A DNA stretch of 64,000 bases from Octopus sinensis (taxonomy: Eukaryota), in contig NC_043009.1 of assembly GCF_006345805.1 (NCBI RefSeq), positions 27,900,001 to 27,964,000 on the forward strand, written 5' to 3'. How positions within the stretch are numbered: the first letter of the stretch is position 1; each line of letters opens with the position of its first letter. Positions 1 through 15,480 of this stretch are shown piece after piece. The position numbers were made by a program, and so were the translations under genes. The notes beneath the pieces were generated by a model. It saw only the letters and a list, made by a program, of their open reading frames with translations, searched no databases and was not told the DNA's origin.

Positions 1-1152
1 TGATGATGATAATGATGATGATGACGATGATGTTAGTGGTGGTGGTGGTGGCAGTGAGGGTGGTGGCGATGGTGTTGCTGCTAACTCACTCTATGGGAAC
101 CAGAATAATGAATAAATGCTTGATGGAAATATTTTCTTTTAATTACTTGCTCGCGGACAATATAGAAATGAATGAGCGCTAGAGTTGCTTTGTTCTTTTG
201 TCATATTCATTATTCGTTCCTTAATTTAATAATTGTTTTGTAGACATCTTTAAGTCATAATCATTAATGTAGCTACGTATGAAAGCGCCAATCTAACACC
301 ACTGATTTTCATCTTGTAATGACTAGGCCCACAGTTAACTAAAAATAAGAGTTTTATTAATTTCTTTTAAAACAAAAGACTAAATCATTATTCATTTATG
401 TTTACCTGCTTAAAGTTCAGGTGTGTTTCTCTCCCTCTCACCTCTCTCCCCTCTCTCTCCCTCACAGACACGCTCTCATTTTCTGTTGCAATTATACAGT
501 ATGAAAAATATGCGTCAATAATTTTCATATTTATTGCTATTATTATTATTGTTGTTGTATGTCTTCTTCTTCTTCTGATTATTATTACTATTATTATTGT
601 TATTATTATTAGTTTGCAGAACTGCGATTAGGCATGATATAACAAACTTTAATCATTGAATGTGAGTGCATAAACTTTGAAAATAAAAATATTATAATAA
701 TAATAACATAATAATAAGAAATAATATTCTTCACTCTTATCTGCAATTACTTAGATAAGAGTGAAAATAAAAATTTCTTGTAATGCTTGAAACTAGAGTC
801 AAAGATGTTTACTATTGTGGAATGGAAATATTAGAAACATGATAATTGCTTTAAAAAAAAACCATATCTCAACCGAAAGGCCCTCTGATAAGTAAAATAC
901 CATCAAGTACTAACAACTACACCAGCCATAGAGTACTCAATACGTGCATACATACATACATACATACATACGTACATACATACATACCTACATACACATA
1001 TACACATACATATCTACATACATATATATATATTTATACATATATATGTTTGTATATATTTATATATATACGTATATATATTTATATATATACATATATA
1101 TTTATATATACATATGTATATATATATATTTATATATATATACATATACATT

Positions 1153-1183
<31 letters not shown>

Positions 1184-1674
1184 GCATATATAAATACACA
1201 CATATATATATATGTATTTATATATAAATATGGACGTTAAATGATGATGGTAATGATATATGTATATATATATATATACATATTTATACATATACATTTC
1301 TATATCTCTCTATATATGTCTATATCTATATATAGATATATGTATATATACATATATGTTTGTGCATGTGTGTGTATATATATATATATATGTTTATATA
1401 CGCCCAAACATCACTTTTGTTTTTTTGGTGCATGTTTAAAATAATCGTAGTGGATAAAGATTTAGACATTACCGATTTTGTTTCTTCAGATGTGTCTAGC
1501 ACTAAAAACCTATTCTTCCACTTTCTACAAAGATAAAGCATAAATGTTTAACAAGTTACTGTCTATCTTTTCGTTTTACTCGCCGGATAATGAATTTGTT
1601 TTCAATTGGTAGAGTAAAGGCGGGTGGATTCTCTGTCATACTCAATGATGTACCTTCAATTTCCTCCTTTTCTT

Positions 1675-2640
1675 TTACTTGTTTCAGTCATTAGAATACG
1701 ACCATGCTGGGGCACCATCTTGAAGAATTTTATTTTTATTTGAATGAATTAACTCAATCCTTACTGTATATTTTTCTTTAAACCCGGTACTTGTTCTATC
1801 AGTTGCTGTTTGCTGTACTGCTATTTTACGAGGGTGCATACACACCCACACAGACTGACAAGCAGTGGTATAGACAAGCACACATACACACACACATACA
1901 CACACACACATACAAAGGACTTCTTTCAGTTTCCGTCTACCATATCCGCTCACAAGACTTTGGTCAGCTCGGGGTTATAGTAGAAGGCAATTTCCCAAGG
2001 TGCTGTGCAGTGGGATTGAATCCAGAACCTTGTGGTTGGGAAGTGAACTTCTTACTACACAACCACATGTGCACCTAAATTCTATTGACCAGTGAAATAA
2101 AAGACAAAGTTGACCCCAGGGGAATTTGAAACCAGAATGTAAGGAGTTGGAAGTAATTACCTCAAGCATTTAGTCTGACACAAACAATTCTAACTAACCT
2201 TCATAATAATAATAATCCTTTCTATTATAGGCACAAGGCCTGAAATTTGGTGGGGAGGGGCCAGTCAATTAGACCAACCCCAGTACACAACCAGTACTAA
2301 ATTATCGACCCTGAAAGGATGAAAGGCAAAGTTGACCTCGGTGGAATTTGAACTCAGAACATAGTGATGGGTGAAATACCACTAGGCATTTCATTCAGCA
2401 TGCTAATGGTTCTGCCACCTCAGCACATTTCTGCCAGCATACCACCTTCTCCATAATAATAATAATGGCTTCAAATTTTGGCACGCAGCCACCAGTTTCT
2501 GGGTTGAGGCTAAGTTGAGTAAACTGGCCCCAGTACTCAACTGGTACTTAATTTATTGACCCCAAAAGGATGAGAGGTTAAGTTGACCTTGGCAGAATTT
2601 GAACTCAGAGTGTAATGCCATGAAGCATTTTGCCTGGCTT
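1675..2640 (-). mobile_element. Cluster of decayed SINEs (at least four copies, two families)
   Basis: Recurrent blocks ttctttcagtttccgtctac...cacaagg and gaaaggatgaaaggcaaagttgacc...gaatttgaactcag. Confidence 0.8.
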
Positions 2641-3324
2641 GCTAATAATTCTGCCAGTTATAATTCTCTTATTCATCTATATTCTTCTGTATGTTTCAGC
2701 CGTGAAGCTGTGGCCATGCTGGGGCACCACCAGTGTAATAATAATAATATTTTGAAATATTTTTTGCTGCTTGTTTCTATAAAATGCTACGAGCATTTTG
2801 TCAAGTATCTCAAATACTTAGAAACCCTCAGCTTAACTAAAATGCCCCAAAAGGTGTTGAAGTGAAAAACAAGAAAAAACAAAAAAAGCAAAAATATCAA
2901 CTGCTCCAGGAACATTACAGACACTTCACTGGAATAAAACAACAAGAGTTGATATTAGAAGCTGAACAGAGCTTTCCATCTAAACTTGTACTTTATTGAT
3001 TGGCAGCATACATGAATGAATTCCTATAATTCAATAAATTTTTGTGCTAAGAAACAGATATGATATAAATTTGACTCTTGTCAGTTCTCCAGATTGAGCT
3101 TTGGTGCTTAACATTTCCTCCAAGAAGTTATATCTATCCAATTACTTGAAGGAAATAAATGGTACTATGAAACAGAGTTATTTTGAACAGTTTTAGACTT
3201 CTTATTGCAAAAATTTCATAACATTTTTTTTTCAATCTTAACTAAATTTGACTGTGTTAGGGGGACTAAATAGGTTGGCTGGTATATGAAATAAAAATAA
3301 GTTGCAGTCAATATTTTTCTTTTA

Positions 3325-3670
3325 TTCTTTTATTTGTTTTAGTAATTTGACTGTGGCCATGCTGGAGCACCACCTTTAATCAAGCAAATCGACCCCAGGA
3401 CTTTTTCTTTGTAAGGCTAGTACTTATTCTAACAGTCTCTCTTGCTGAACCACTAAGTTATGGGGACGTAAACACACCAGCATCAGTTGTCAAACGATGT
3501 TGGTGAGACAAACACAGACACACAAACACATACCAAATCCACTCACAAGGCTTTGGTTGGCCCAAGGCTATAGAAGAAGACACTTGCCCAAGGTGCCACG
3601 CAGTAGGACTGAACCCACAACCATGTGGTTGGTAAGCAAGCTACTTACCACACAACCACTCCTGCACCTA
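3325..3670 (-). mobile_element. Composite SINE remnant; similar composites at ~6090-6470, ~7260-7600, ~12950-13330, ~58380-58870, ~60170-60400
   Basis: Shared blocks ggccatgctggagcaccacctttag...gaccccaggacttattc and aaatccactcacaaggctttgg...ttaccacacagccactcctg. Confidence 0.75.
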
Positions 3671-3721
3671 TTTGGTTACTTTTTTTTAATATAATAGTTG
3701 CTGTTCGAAGTAACCTTTGAT

Positions 3722-4059
3722 TTAGGGCTACTTTGAACAGTAATGCTTTTTACTTCTGTTCAAAAGTGAATATGTTATTTGGAAGGATAAGTTTTCCATC
3801 AACTGTAAGAATCACTTTTAAATGCTGGAAGTATGAGGATACTTCCGTAACACTTAAACATGCTCTGGATCTTTAGATATTTTGGCACAGGCGGGATACT
3901 AATTGGGATTTGTTTCACTTTAAAAATGAATTACACCATTCAGCCGAAGGAAAATTGTTTTTAAATTGCGTTACTGTGCGACCTTGAGCTGTGATATAAA
4001 GAGGAAATAAAATATTATATTTTGCTCAAAGTTACCCCCATGTTCAAAGTAACCCCATT
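3722..4059. mobile_element. MITE-like element
   Basis: Inverted termini gggctactttgaaca (3725-3739) / tgttcaaagtaaccc (4041-4055), with a second subterminal copy tgctcaaagttaccccc. Confidence 0.5.
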
Positions 4060-4529
4060 TAAGGAGTATGTATGTGTGTTTTATGCACACACAAACACAC
4101 ATATATACTCAAATACACAAACATATGCTCAAATGCATACACTAACACACACACACACACATGCATACGTATGTACAAGCATATGAATAAAAACAACAAT
4201 GGCTAAATTTTTTATTCATTCTTATTTTTAGATTCTAATTCAGATGTTTCAATATAATTTAGAAAAAAATTGAATTTGGAATTATGTAATTCTTACATTT
4301 TGGTTAGAATGCTATAAATATTTAACAGTCAAAATAATTTACAAGATAAACACATTAACACTAAGATTTCAAAGTATCTGATTTCAAATTCTTCAATTAA
4401 GCCTTCAGCATTTCTATCTATCTATCTATCTATCTATCTACCCGTCTGTCCGTCTGTGTATCTGTCTGCCTATATATCTATCCTTCTATCTGTCTGTCTC
4501 TTTTTCTCTCACTCTCTTCATATATATAC

Positions 4530-4573
<44 letters not shown>

Positions 4574-5467
4574 ATGTATGCATGTGTATACACACATATA
4601 TACCATGTAATTTCAGGACAGTAAAGAACTAATTATTTTTACCAAATATTTACACTACCAGAATTCATAAACGTTAAGCTATTATTGTAAAAGTCTCATG
4701 TGAAGAGAATGGTTGAATTATGTTTTAGACATTAAGGAAGCATCGATCAGTTGAAAAACTGAATCCAAGTGGTCGCAACAAACAGATAGAAATCTAATAC
4801 AAGTTATAGAATGTGAACTGCATGCAACTTTGAAAATCAATTATCCAAATATATAATTAAAAATCGGTGTCAGTATTTATGCGAGTGTATGTTTTCCATA
4901 TGTTTCTTTGTGAGCATGTGTTAGTGAGTGTATGTGTATGCAATGACTTAGCTGAAATATATGTGTGTAAATATATAAATATGTGTATATATGTAATCCT
5001 TAGCATTGTTCTAATGTTCACTTTCGTGGGTCAAATTCATGTAGTTCATGGAGGTAAGGTTTTTTTCTGGTTGGATGCTCTTCCTGTCATCAAAACTTGT
5101 TTCCAAACAAGGTGATATTTTCACTATGACTGAACATGTCTTTATAGAAGAATGGAAATGAATGCCATCACTTGTTTGAGGGTGAAACCTGTTTATAAGT
5201 ATCATCTGATATCAAGACAAGGAGGCAGAAACACACACACACACATGCACACACACACATGCACACACACACACACACACGCATATACACACATGCACAC
5301 ACACATACACACAGAGGCACACACAGAGGCATACACATACACACGCATACTCACGCATACACACACATGCACACCCACACTTACACACTCAGAGGTACAC
5401 ACGCACACACAAATACACACGCAAACACACACACACACATACACACACATGCAGACACACACACATG

Positions 5468-5498
<31 letters not shown>

Positions 5499-5573
5499 GG
5501 GAATTTTGTTTTTCACTGGGGACTATTGGTATTGCTTATCTACAGTTACTTTCACTTAAGCTAAGGATGGAGT

Positions 5574-5607
<34 letters not shown>

Positions 5608-5898
5608 ATTTACTAGGAAATATAAGAAAGAGTGATGATTCCCTTTCAGTGGAGAAAACTGCTTCAAGGTTTATAGTTTTTTGTTATTATTATTATGAAA
5701 GATCCTTTCCTTATCAGTGAAAGAGCAAAGGAAATAATATTTCCATATAATCCATTTTTCTTTTTTAAGTGTCTTGGTGGTCAAAGATAAGGGTATTTTG
5801 CCCTTGATATGGGCTCTTCAGCACAACATAACATGGGATCCTGAAATTATTTGGTGTCTGTTCACAGCAGGCTATTATATACACACACACACCACAAC

Positions 5899-5957
<59 letters not shown>

Positions 5958-6574
5958 CATACATACAACACCACACACACACACACACAACACACACACA
6001 CACACCACACACACACAGACACACACACACACACATATATATTACATATTATATATATATATATATTTATATGTATGTATGAATGTATGTATATTCTTTT
6101 TCTTTTGGACTGCAGCCTGCAGCTATGCTGGAGCACCACCTTTAGTCAAGCAAATTGACTCCAGGACTTATTCTTTGTAAGCCTAGTATTTATTCTATCA
6201 GTTTCTTTTGCCGAAGTGCTAAGTTACAGGGACATAAGGGACATAAACACACTAGCATCAGTTGTCAAGTGATGTTGTGGGGACAAACAACACACAAGTA
6301 TATATGATGGGCTTCTTTCAGTTTCCATCTACCAAATCCACTCACAATGCTTTGGTCAGCCCCTGGCTATAGTAGAGGGCACTTGCTAAAGGTTTCATGC
6401 AGTGGGACAGAACCCAGAACCATGTGGTTGTTAAGTAAGCTACTTACCACACAGCCACTCCTGCGCCTATAAAAAAAACACCACTGTCCCTGTGTATATA
6501 TATGTTTATATATACATAGATATGTGTGTGTGTGTATGTATATATGTATACATGACTGCCCATATTGAGTAGGG

Positions 6575-6626
<52 letters not shown>

Positions 6627-7316
6627 AGAGAGACAATGATGAGTAGGCACAGTAAAGAAATAGATAGAAGTGATGAGGTTCCCAGGTGGCCCCTAAAGGC
6701 ACAAGGTGAGGAGAAGTAGGTGAGAGGGTGTTTTGCAAGCTTGTTTGCTGGAGATGGTGGGGGCAGGGGTGAGGGTGGGGATGGATGCCAACTGCAACTG
6801 TAAGAATTGGGTGGGGTTGAAAGGTGGATGACCGATGAGGCATGAGTTAAGAAAGAGGGATGCATAGGCAAAAAAGGATGTGGTGATGGTGGTGGTGAAG
6901 AGGCAGCGAGTAGTAGGATAGTAATGATGATACAGTTGACAGTGGGAGTGGACAAGAGTGAGAGATGAGAGGAGGGGAGAGGAGGGAATAGACAGGCATG
7001 ATGCATGATGGGAGGTAATTTGGTTTTGTGGGGGTGGGGGAATGAATCAATGTGATGCTGTAATATGTAAGTGGAGCACACACACAAACACATGCACACA
7101 TACATGTACATATACATATGCATCTACACACATATATATGGATGCATACATATATGCATACATATACAAGCATATATATGTATATATAGGCACAGGTTCC
7201 AGGTTCAGTCCCACTGCATGGCAAGTGTCTTCTATTATAGCCTTGGGCTGACCAAAGCCTTGTGAGTAGATTTGGTAGATGGAAACTGAAAGAAGCCCAT
7301 CATATATATATATATG

Positions 7317-7350
<34 letters not shown>

Positions 7351-7754
7351 TGTATGTATGTATGTATGTATGTATGTATGTATGTATGTGTATATATGTT
7401 TGTGTGTCTCTGTTTGTCCACCCACCGTCACTTGATAACCAATGCTGTTGTGTTTATGTCCCTGTAACTTAACAGCTCAATGAAAGAGGCTGATAGAATA
7501 AGTACTGTGCTTACAATGAATAAGTCCTGGGGTTGATTTGCTCGACTTAAAGGCTGTACTCCTGCATGGCCACAGTCAAATGACTGAAACAAGTAAAAGA
7601 ATAAAAGAATTTAACGAGTGTGCACACAAATACACACATACACACATGTGGCTGTGGGGGGTTAACATGTTCAGTGCACATGACTTTGGTAGTATTTGTT
7701 GCAGTTCTTTATGTTCTGAGTTCAAATTCTGTGTCTTGCAACTCTCTCTTTACA

Positions 7755-8030
7755 TCCTCATCATCGTTTAACGTCCGTTTTCCATGCTGGCATGAGTTGG
7801 ACAGTTTGACTGGGGTCTGGAAAGCCAGGAGACTGCACCAGGCCCCAATCTGGACTGGCAGTGTTTCTGCAGCTGGATGCCATTCCTAATGCCAAGCACT
7901 CCGAGTGCGTAGTGGGTGCTTTTTATGTGCCATCAGCAACAGGGGCCAGCAGAGCTGGCATTGACCACAATTGGATGGTGCTTTTTACATGCCACTAGCA
8001 CAGACACCAGTCAAAGTGGTACTGAAATCT
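7755..8030 (-). mobile_element. RTE-tailed SINE ((GAT)n tail); further copies at ~14190-14345, ~14730-14830, ~24014-24210, ~53720-53870
   Basis: catcatcgtttaacgtccgttttccatgctggcatg end, matching the RTE-type 3' terminus seen at ~49550. Confidence 0.75.
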
Positions 8031-8695
8031 TCAGAAATGTATAACAAATAATGCCAGTAAGCTACTGGGTCCAGTTTGATTAACTAATATTTGTCTAACC
8101 ATGTGGAAAAGTTAGAAATAATTCTTAAAAATCCTGATAATACATGACCAAACTGGTGGAGCATCGAAGTTAATAAATTGCTGTGATTAGTTCTGTCAGT
8201 TGAGGTCCTGAGATCAACTTCTACAAGGGCCAGTTTTGTCCATCCAGGGTTGATGAAACAAATACCAGTGATATATTGAGGATGAGATATTTATCTCACT
8301 GTATCCTTACCACAGCACATATTTTTGTACTTTTGTCAGTAATCAAATTCTCTGCTATTTCTGCCACAACATATCACTCCTCCTCCTCCTCCAACTGCTG
8401 CTGCTGCTGCTGTTACTATCATTTCTTATTTTCCTACCACTTCTACTACTACCAAAACTACTACAAATACTACTATCACCGCCGATGCCACCACCACCAC
8501 CACCACTGCCGCAGCTTCTTCAACTACTGCTACTACTACTGCAGCTGCTGTCTATTAGGAATATTATGTTCCTTGGAAACAGGTTAGGTTTGGACACAGG
8601 GAAGGCATCAGACTCTAGGAAACCTGCCTCAGCAAATTCCATCCATTCAGTGTGAGCATTGACAACTGGAGATTAAACTGAGGCTGGTGATGATA

Positions 8696-8736
<41 letters not shown>

Positions 8737-9148
8737 GATGACGATGATAGATTTGTAAACTTGTTAAGAAAACAATGAGAAATTTTTTGTTAATTGGTGA
8801 GAAATCCACGCGTAGAATATCGATGTTATCTTAATGTTTGAATTGTGTTTCTTTCATTTTTTACTATCTGTGCTTAATCAGAAGCAGAAGGCCAATATTC
8901 CTGACCAATTTTAGGGTATCCAAGACTGATAGGAAATCTAGTTTGCTTTGGTCTGACTGCTTTTTTTTTTGTGTTAAAAAGAAATTTTATAGTTATAACC
9001 TAACAACAACAACAAAATATGAACATTGAGAAGATATTGAGAAATAATGAAAAAAAATTATTTAAAATTTTTCCAGTTTTATGAATTTCACTTTTGGAAA
9101 GCTTCAATGTCTATCAATATATTATGTATATATGCGTTTATACATGAT

Positions 9149-9189
<41 letters not shown>

Positions 9190-9689
9190 ATATCATTTAT
9201 CTACACATACACACATACACACATGCATTCACACACATACACACACATAAAAAAATCAATGAATTCCAATGCTGGTGATAAAAACTTTTTAAATATTTAA
9301 AACTAAATCATAGAACGATATTTGGTCCAGATAATGACAATGACAAGATAAATAAAATAAACTTAAAAAATAAAAGAAATTTTAAAAAATTTCTTAAATA
9401 AAGAGAATATAAAACTAAGGCACATTATATGGAATTATAAATTCACATGGTTCAGTTAAACCTGCATAACTAAATTAGAAGGAGAGAATCATAATTGATG
9501 AAACCTGATAATGTATTCGAAAAATATTTGAAACAAAAAAAAAATAAATAAAATCTTCTGCAATAATAATGACGGCAAACATAATTGAAACAGAACTGAT
9601 AAATTTCCTAAAAAATTCATAATTCCACCCCAGCTACAGTTTTGTGTGTTTTTCTTTCTCACCTTGCTGTGTTTTTTTCCTTCCTCCAG

Positions 9690-9735
9690 TTCCCAAGCTG
9701 TTGGCAGTTAACAGCGTTGACAAAAATATAAATTT
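9690..9735 (+). CDS. Candidate 46-nt exon (xPKLLAVNSVDKNINx)
   Basis: Very strong pyrimidine tract ttttttccttcctccag, donor TT|gtatgt; one frame open. Confidence 0.2.
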
Positions 9736-9952
9736 GTATGTGTCTCTTGCTTAAATATTTGTTCAAATGAATATTTCAGGAAGTAGTTAAGTGGAAATTC
9801 CCTTGTATATGTCACAACTGTATTCTGTGAATGGTGGATCAATATAAAGAACGGCATCCTATCTTTTAGGCACCAATGCTTGATAGAAAAATCAATGTTT
9901 CAATTAAAAAGGCTGTTCATATAGATTTTTATTATTATTATCATCATCATCA

Positions 9953-10034
<82 letters not shown>

Positions 10035-10199
10035 CATTATTATTACTATTTTGCTATCAAACTTGGCAATCCATAGTGTTTTTCAAACGACCTCGAAATG
10101 GATCAATGAATTTCATTGGTTCCTGATGATCACAGAACATTTCAAATAAAATCCTCAATTCAGGTGTTTCTTTCTCAATGAATCACAATTTAATAAACA

Positions 10200-10367
10200 T
10201 ACAACACATAATACAAACATACAAATATGCATATGCATATATCATATATATATATACATATATATACAAATATATATATATTATATACACCCATACACAC
10301 ACCTATACATATCACTATATATATGTATATATATATATATACATACACCCATACACACAACTATACA

Positions 10368-10405
<38 letters not shown>

Positions 10406-10813
10406 TACATATATTCATATGTATAAATTAATATAAATAAATATATATATATATTCATATAGATATATAATATATATAAATATTTTTATATATCTATACA
10501 TATATACATATATATATATGTACATATATATGTATATATATGTATATATATACATGCATGCATATATACACATATATATATATATTTATATGTATATATT
10601 TATATATATGTGTGTGTGTGTATGTGTTTTTTTTTTCTATGGCTAAATATATATTATATATGTTTATATGCAAGTGTTTGTACATGTGTGTCCCTGTGCG
10701 TGTTAGTACGTGTATTTCATCTCAAAGTTACCTGATTGAACACAGAGGGCATCAAACATCAAACATCAGAGAGTGGCAGTGAACTAAATCTTCAATTGAC
10801 TCGCAATAAATAT

Positions 10814-10850
<37 letters not shown>

Positions 10851-11038
10851 GGAATTAGGGTAAAAGAATACTCTGTCTTTTGTTTATAATTGTAAATACA
10901 CATGCATATATATGCAACGCACATTGCACACACACACACATATATATATATGCAAATATATACATACATACATATATATATATATATATGTATGTATGCA
11001 TATATATATATCTATCTATTTATCAATCTATCTATCTA

Positions 11039-11085
<47 letters not shown>

Positions 11086-11198
11086 GTATGTATGCATATA
11101 TATATATATGTATGCATATATCTATGTATATATATATATACACATATATATACCTGTATATACATACCTATATATACGTATCTATCTATCTCTATATA

Positions 11199-11239
<41 letters not shown>

Positions 11240-11283
11240 GCATATATATATGTATATATTTATTATATACATTATATATATAT

Positions 11284-11336
<53 letters not shown>

Positions 11337-11480
11337 TATACCTGTATATGCATACCTATATATATGTATCTATCTATCTATCTATTTATACATATATGTT
11401 TATATACGCACACATATATATACATATGCACAAACAAATACACACATTTATACATACATACATACGCATCTGTGCACGCA
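10200..11480 (+). repeat. Long compound (TA)/(CA)/(CT) low-complexity tract; similar tracts at ~17600-19150, ~23095-24860, ~30950-31300
   Basis: Direct reading. Confidence 0.9.
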
Positions 11481-12603
11481 CACACACACACAAACACACG
11501 TGTGTGTATGTGAGAATTTTATAAACTTTCAAGAGTGTGAAATAATTCCTTTCTAGAATAACCTTCTCAAAGCACCATTATATTAATGTACTACTCTTAC
11601 TCTCCCTGTCTCATTCTGTATTTGACTATATGTATGTGTGTGTATGTGTGCATGCGTATGTATACATGCATGCAAACACATACATGTACATAAGATTACC
11701 TACATATCTATACACATGGAGTCAAATATATTTATATATCCATGCACATTCCTTCATCCAGCTATCCATTCATTCATCCATCCATGTGTATACATACGTG
11801 CAGTGTGTGTCTGTGTGTCTCAAGAGCACAGTTCCAGTGTTAATGTAAGTATAAACATTTAATATAATTCTAGATGTTAATGCAAAAATCAACATCAATG
11901 TCACCATAATGGTTCAGTCATTGGTTTGTTATTCCTATATCACACACACACACATACAGATGCATGCATGCACACACTTATAAAAGTATACCACCACGTA
12001 TCATACACACACACACATTCACATTCACACATATATACCCACCTACATGTCATACACATTCACCTGTGATATACACACACATATACACACTTATACATGT
12101 TATACGCACATATGCACACACTTATACACATGCATTAATGCAGACACATTCATACACACACACATTTAAACCTTCACAAGCACAGTTGTACTACACACAT
12201 TGTTTTTCAATTTTAAACACGGATTGAGGGAGTATTTGTCGATTAATTACATGGATAGTCTCAGTTGATCGGTTTTACACTCACATTTGCTCAACCAGCT
12301 AGAAAGAGCAGGGAAATCTCTCAGTTTTCACCCTACCATTGGGAAAACACGAATCTTTACATCCATGTTCTAATAATGTTGTCAATTTGTGCAGTGTGCA
12401 TGTATGTGTATGCATTATACGTATGTGGTTGTGTGGTACGAATGTTTGCTTCCCAACCACATGGTTCCAGGTTCAATCTCACTGCATAGCACCTTAGGTA
12501 AGTGTCTTCTTAAGCCAACCAAATCCTTGTGAGTGGATTTCATAGATGGAAGCTGAAAGAAGCCCATCAAATATGCATGTGTGTGAGTGTGTGTGTGTGT
12601 GTG

Positions 12604-12665
<62 letters not shown>

Positions 12666-12888
12666 TGTTTGTATGTATAACTGTATGTATTTGTATAGGT
12701 ATCTACACAGACATCTGACAGATGATATTCATTAGCATTTATGAGTAATATCATACGTTGTGGTTGGTAGAAAAATGCCATGGAATTTAAAGGAAGAGAT
12801 ATTGCTATATTTTACAAAGGAGTGACTGAACAGTTCCAATACAAAATGAAAAGGAGTGCTATGAAAAATTGCTAAACTTCATTCTCAC

Positions 12889-12926
12889 CTGTTCCTGAAC
12901 CTTCAGTGATATTTAGAACTGTGTTA
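12889..12926 (-). CDS. Candidate 38-nt internal exon ([Y]NTVLNITEGSGT)
   Basis: Acceptor atgtttttag, donor CAG|gtgaga; the phase 2-to-1 frame is open and phase-compatible with the 28518 exon end. Confidence 0.22.
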
Positions 12927-14343
12927 CTAAAAACATGTATGACTCTATGATAAAAAGCTTGCTTCCCAACTAATTGGTTCCAGGTTCAGTTCCATTGTGT
13001 AGTACCTTGGGCAAGTGCTTTCTGCTACAACCCGGAACCTACCAAAACCTTGTGAGTGGATTTGGCAGACGGAAACTGTAAGAAGCCCATTGTGAATTCA
13101 TATATATACATACCTACATGTGTGTGTTTGTTGCCCACCACTGCTTCACAACTGGTGTTGGTGTGCTAATACCCCATAACTTAGTGGTTCAGAGAAAGAA
13201 ACTGATGGAATAAATACCATGCTTAAAAATAAATAAGTACTGGGGTGGATTAGTTTCACTAAACTGTTAAAGGTGGTGTCCCGGCATGACCACAGCCCTG
13301 TGACTGAAACCAGTAACAGGTAAACGACTATGAAAGGAAAGACATAAATCTGTAATATTGTAAAGTTAACTTAATTATAAGTATGTACTCTGGAGATTTG
13401 TAAATAATATGACAATTGGAAAACTTTCCTGAGATGGAGTTTATACTCGTAGTATGGTGGGAAGGAAGATGTAGCTTTATAAGGACTGCGAGTACAATAT
13501 GGTTTTCAGTTTGTGATTGTTAACAAAAAGTGAATCTGTTGGCAAATAATTGTTAGATTGATGTTAGATATGGAAATTGGATAAAGAGAGATGAAGAAAA
13601 AAGGCAGAGTGAGTATTTAATAGGATTGGTGCAGTTATATACAATTCATAGGCAATACAGTGTAGAAGTACTGTTAGGATAAAATGGCCACTCTTATAGG
13701 AATGTAATATTGGCAAATATAGTATAATAGTTATATTTAGTATGGTTTCAATAGTAGACCGAGATGGCTGCTTCTATAAAAGCACATTATTTGAATATGT
13801 TATTGTATTATATGGAGGGAGAAGAATGAGCAGAAAAAAGGAAGATGGAAAGAAGTTGGTAACTATTAAGAATAAAGTATAAATGAGGAAAGTAAAGGCT
13901 CAACAATAGAATATAGTTGAATGGAGATGAGGGTTACATTTTGCAAATATATTTTTATGAATGTGTAGACGAAAATTTAAAATATAAATACATGGAGAAA
14001 GTATATGTAAATAATTTCAGCATAAATGTATAGGTGTATTGAGAAATATAAATGTATACGAGAGATTAGACTAGGTGAGGTAAAAAAAAAAATGAAGAAT
14101 ATTGATGAAGAATTGTGACATGGGATAAAGGAAATTTGGTAGATATTAAAGGTGTGTGAATGAATATGCATATGTTTATCTATATATCATCATCATCATC
14201 CTCATCATCATTCTTTGACGTCCATTTTCCATGCTGGCATGAGTTGGACAGTTTGACCAGAGCTGGCAAGCTGGAGAGCTGCACCAGGTTGCAGTCTGTT
14301 TTGGATTGGCTTCTACCGCTGGATGTCCTTCCTAATGCCAACC

Positions 14344-14395
<52 letters not shown>

Positions 14396-14396
14396 G

Positions 14397-14472
<76 letters not shown>

Positions 14473-14487
14473 CCTATCTATCTATCT
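14344..14487 (+). repeat. (TCTA)n microsatellite; another at ~38305-38570
   Basis: Direct reading. Confidence 0.95.
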
Positions 14488-14593
14488 GTCTTCACAAAGC
14501 CTTAGACTTCACTTCTGAAAATCTATTTTTTTTAAAAAGTCAAACTGGTTAAGTCAATAAACATCTTTAAAATGACCTCTGCATTTTCAAATT

Positions 14594-14677
<84 letters not shown>

Positions 14678-14854
14678 CATTGTTTAAATATATATATATA
14701 ATATATATATTATACTATATCATCATCATCATCATCATCATCGTTTAACGTCCGTTTTCCGCGCTAGCACGGGTTGGACGGTTTCGACCGGGGTCTGGGG
14801 AGCAAGGGATGCCCCAGGCTATATATGCATGACTTTCTGAAAGATAGAAGTCAA

Positions 14855-15480
14855 GCAGTAGTAGCCAAATATTGAGTAGTGTTCCACAAGGCACTGTTCT
14901 GGGACCACTACTGTTCTCAAATATGCCCTCAGCCACACAGAGAGCCATGATTACAAGTTGTGCAGATGATACAAAACCCTGAAGACACTATGCACCAGCA
15001 ACATGAGTTAGATGAAATATAGAAGTGGGCCAAGAAGAACAGCATGCAGTTTAATGCTGAAAAGTTTCAAGCCATATGCTATTAGCATGCAAAACTAAAT
15101 GCTATACCAATTAGATACACTGGACGTGGAGGGATTGCAATCTCAGAGACACTGTCAGTGCGAGATCTGTGCATTTACATGAGTAATGATGCCTCCTTTC
15201 ATGTGCATGTTGCTAAGATGGCAATGAAATACAGGCGTCTGATCGGATGGATTCTTAGAACTTTTAAAACAAGAGATCAGGAAACCATGAAGGTCTTCTG
15301 AAGGACATTTGTCCAAAGGCACTTTGACTATTGCTCTCAGCTATAGTCACGAACTAGTGTAGAATTCATTGCAAAACTTGAAACAATCCAACGAAGCTAC
15401 ACAAAGAAGATAGCCTCAATGCAGCATATAAGCTACTGGGAAAGACTCAAGAGATTGAGACTCTGTTCCTTGGAGCATTC
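14855..15480 (+). mobile_element. CR1-clade LINE RT fragment, decayed
   Basis: Translates in pieces to SVPQGTVLGPLLF, CADDTK, QFNAEKFQ, WILRTFKTRD, HFDYCSQL, SYWERLKRLRLCSLE; homologous to the 19-20 kb element but a different, more decayed copy. Confidence 0.85.

Noticed and set aside
6757-6782. G-quadruplex motif gggggcaggggtgagggtgggg
   Set aside because: Part of a long degenerate purine-rich low-complexity tract, with nothing indicating function.
10065-10170. Minus-strand frame [27 protein letters not shown] as an exon
   Set aside because: No credible acceptor (no pyrimidine tract, in-frame TGA just upstream) and a poor donor.
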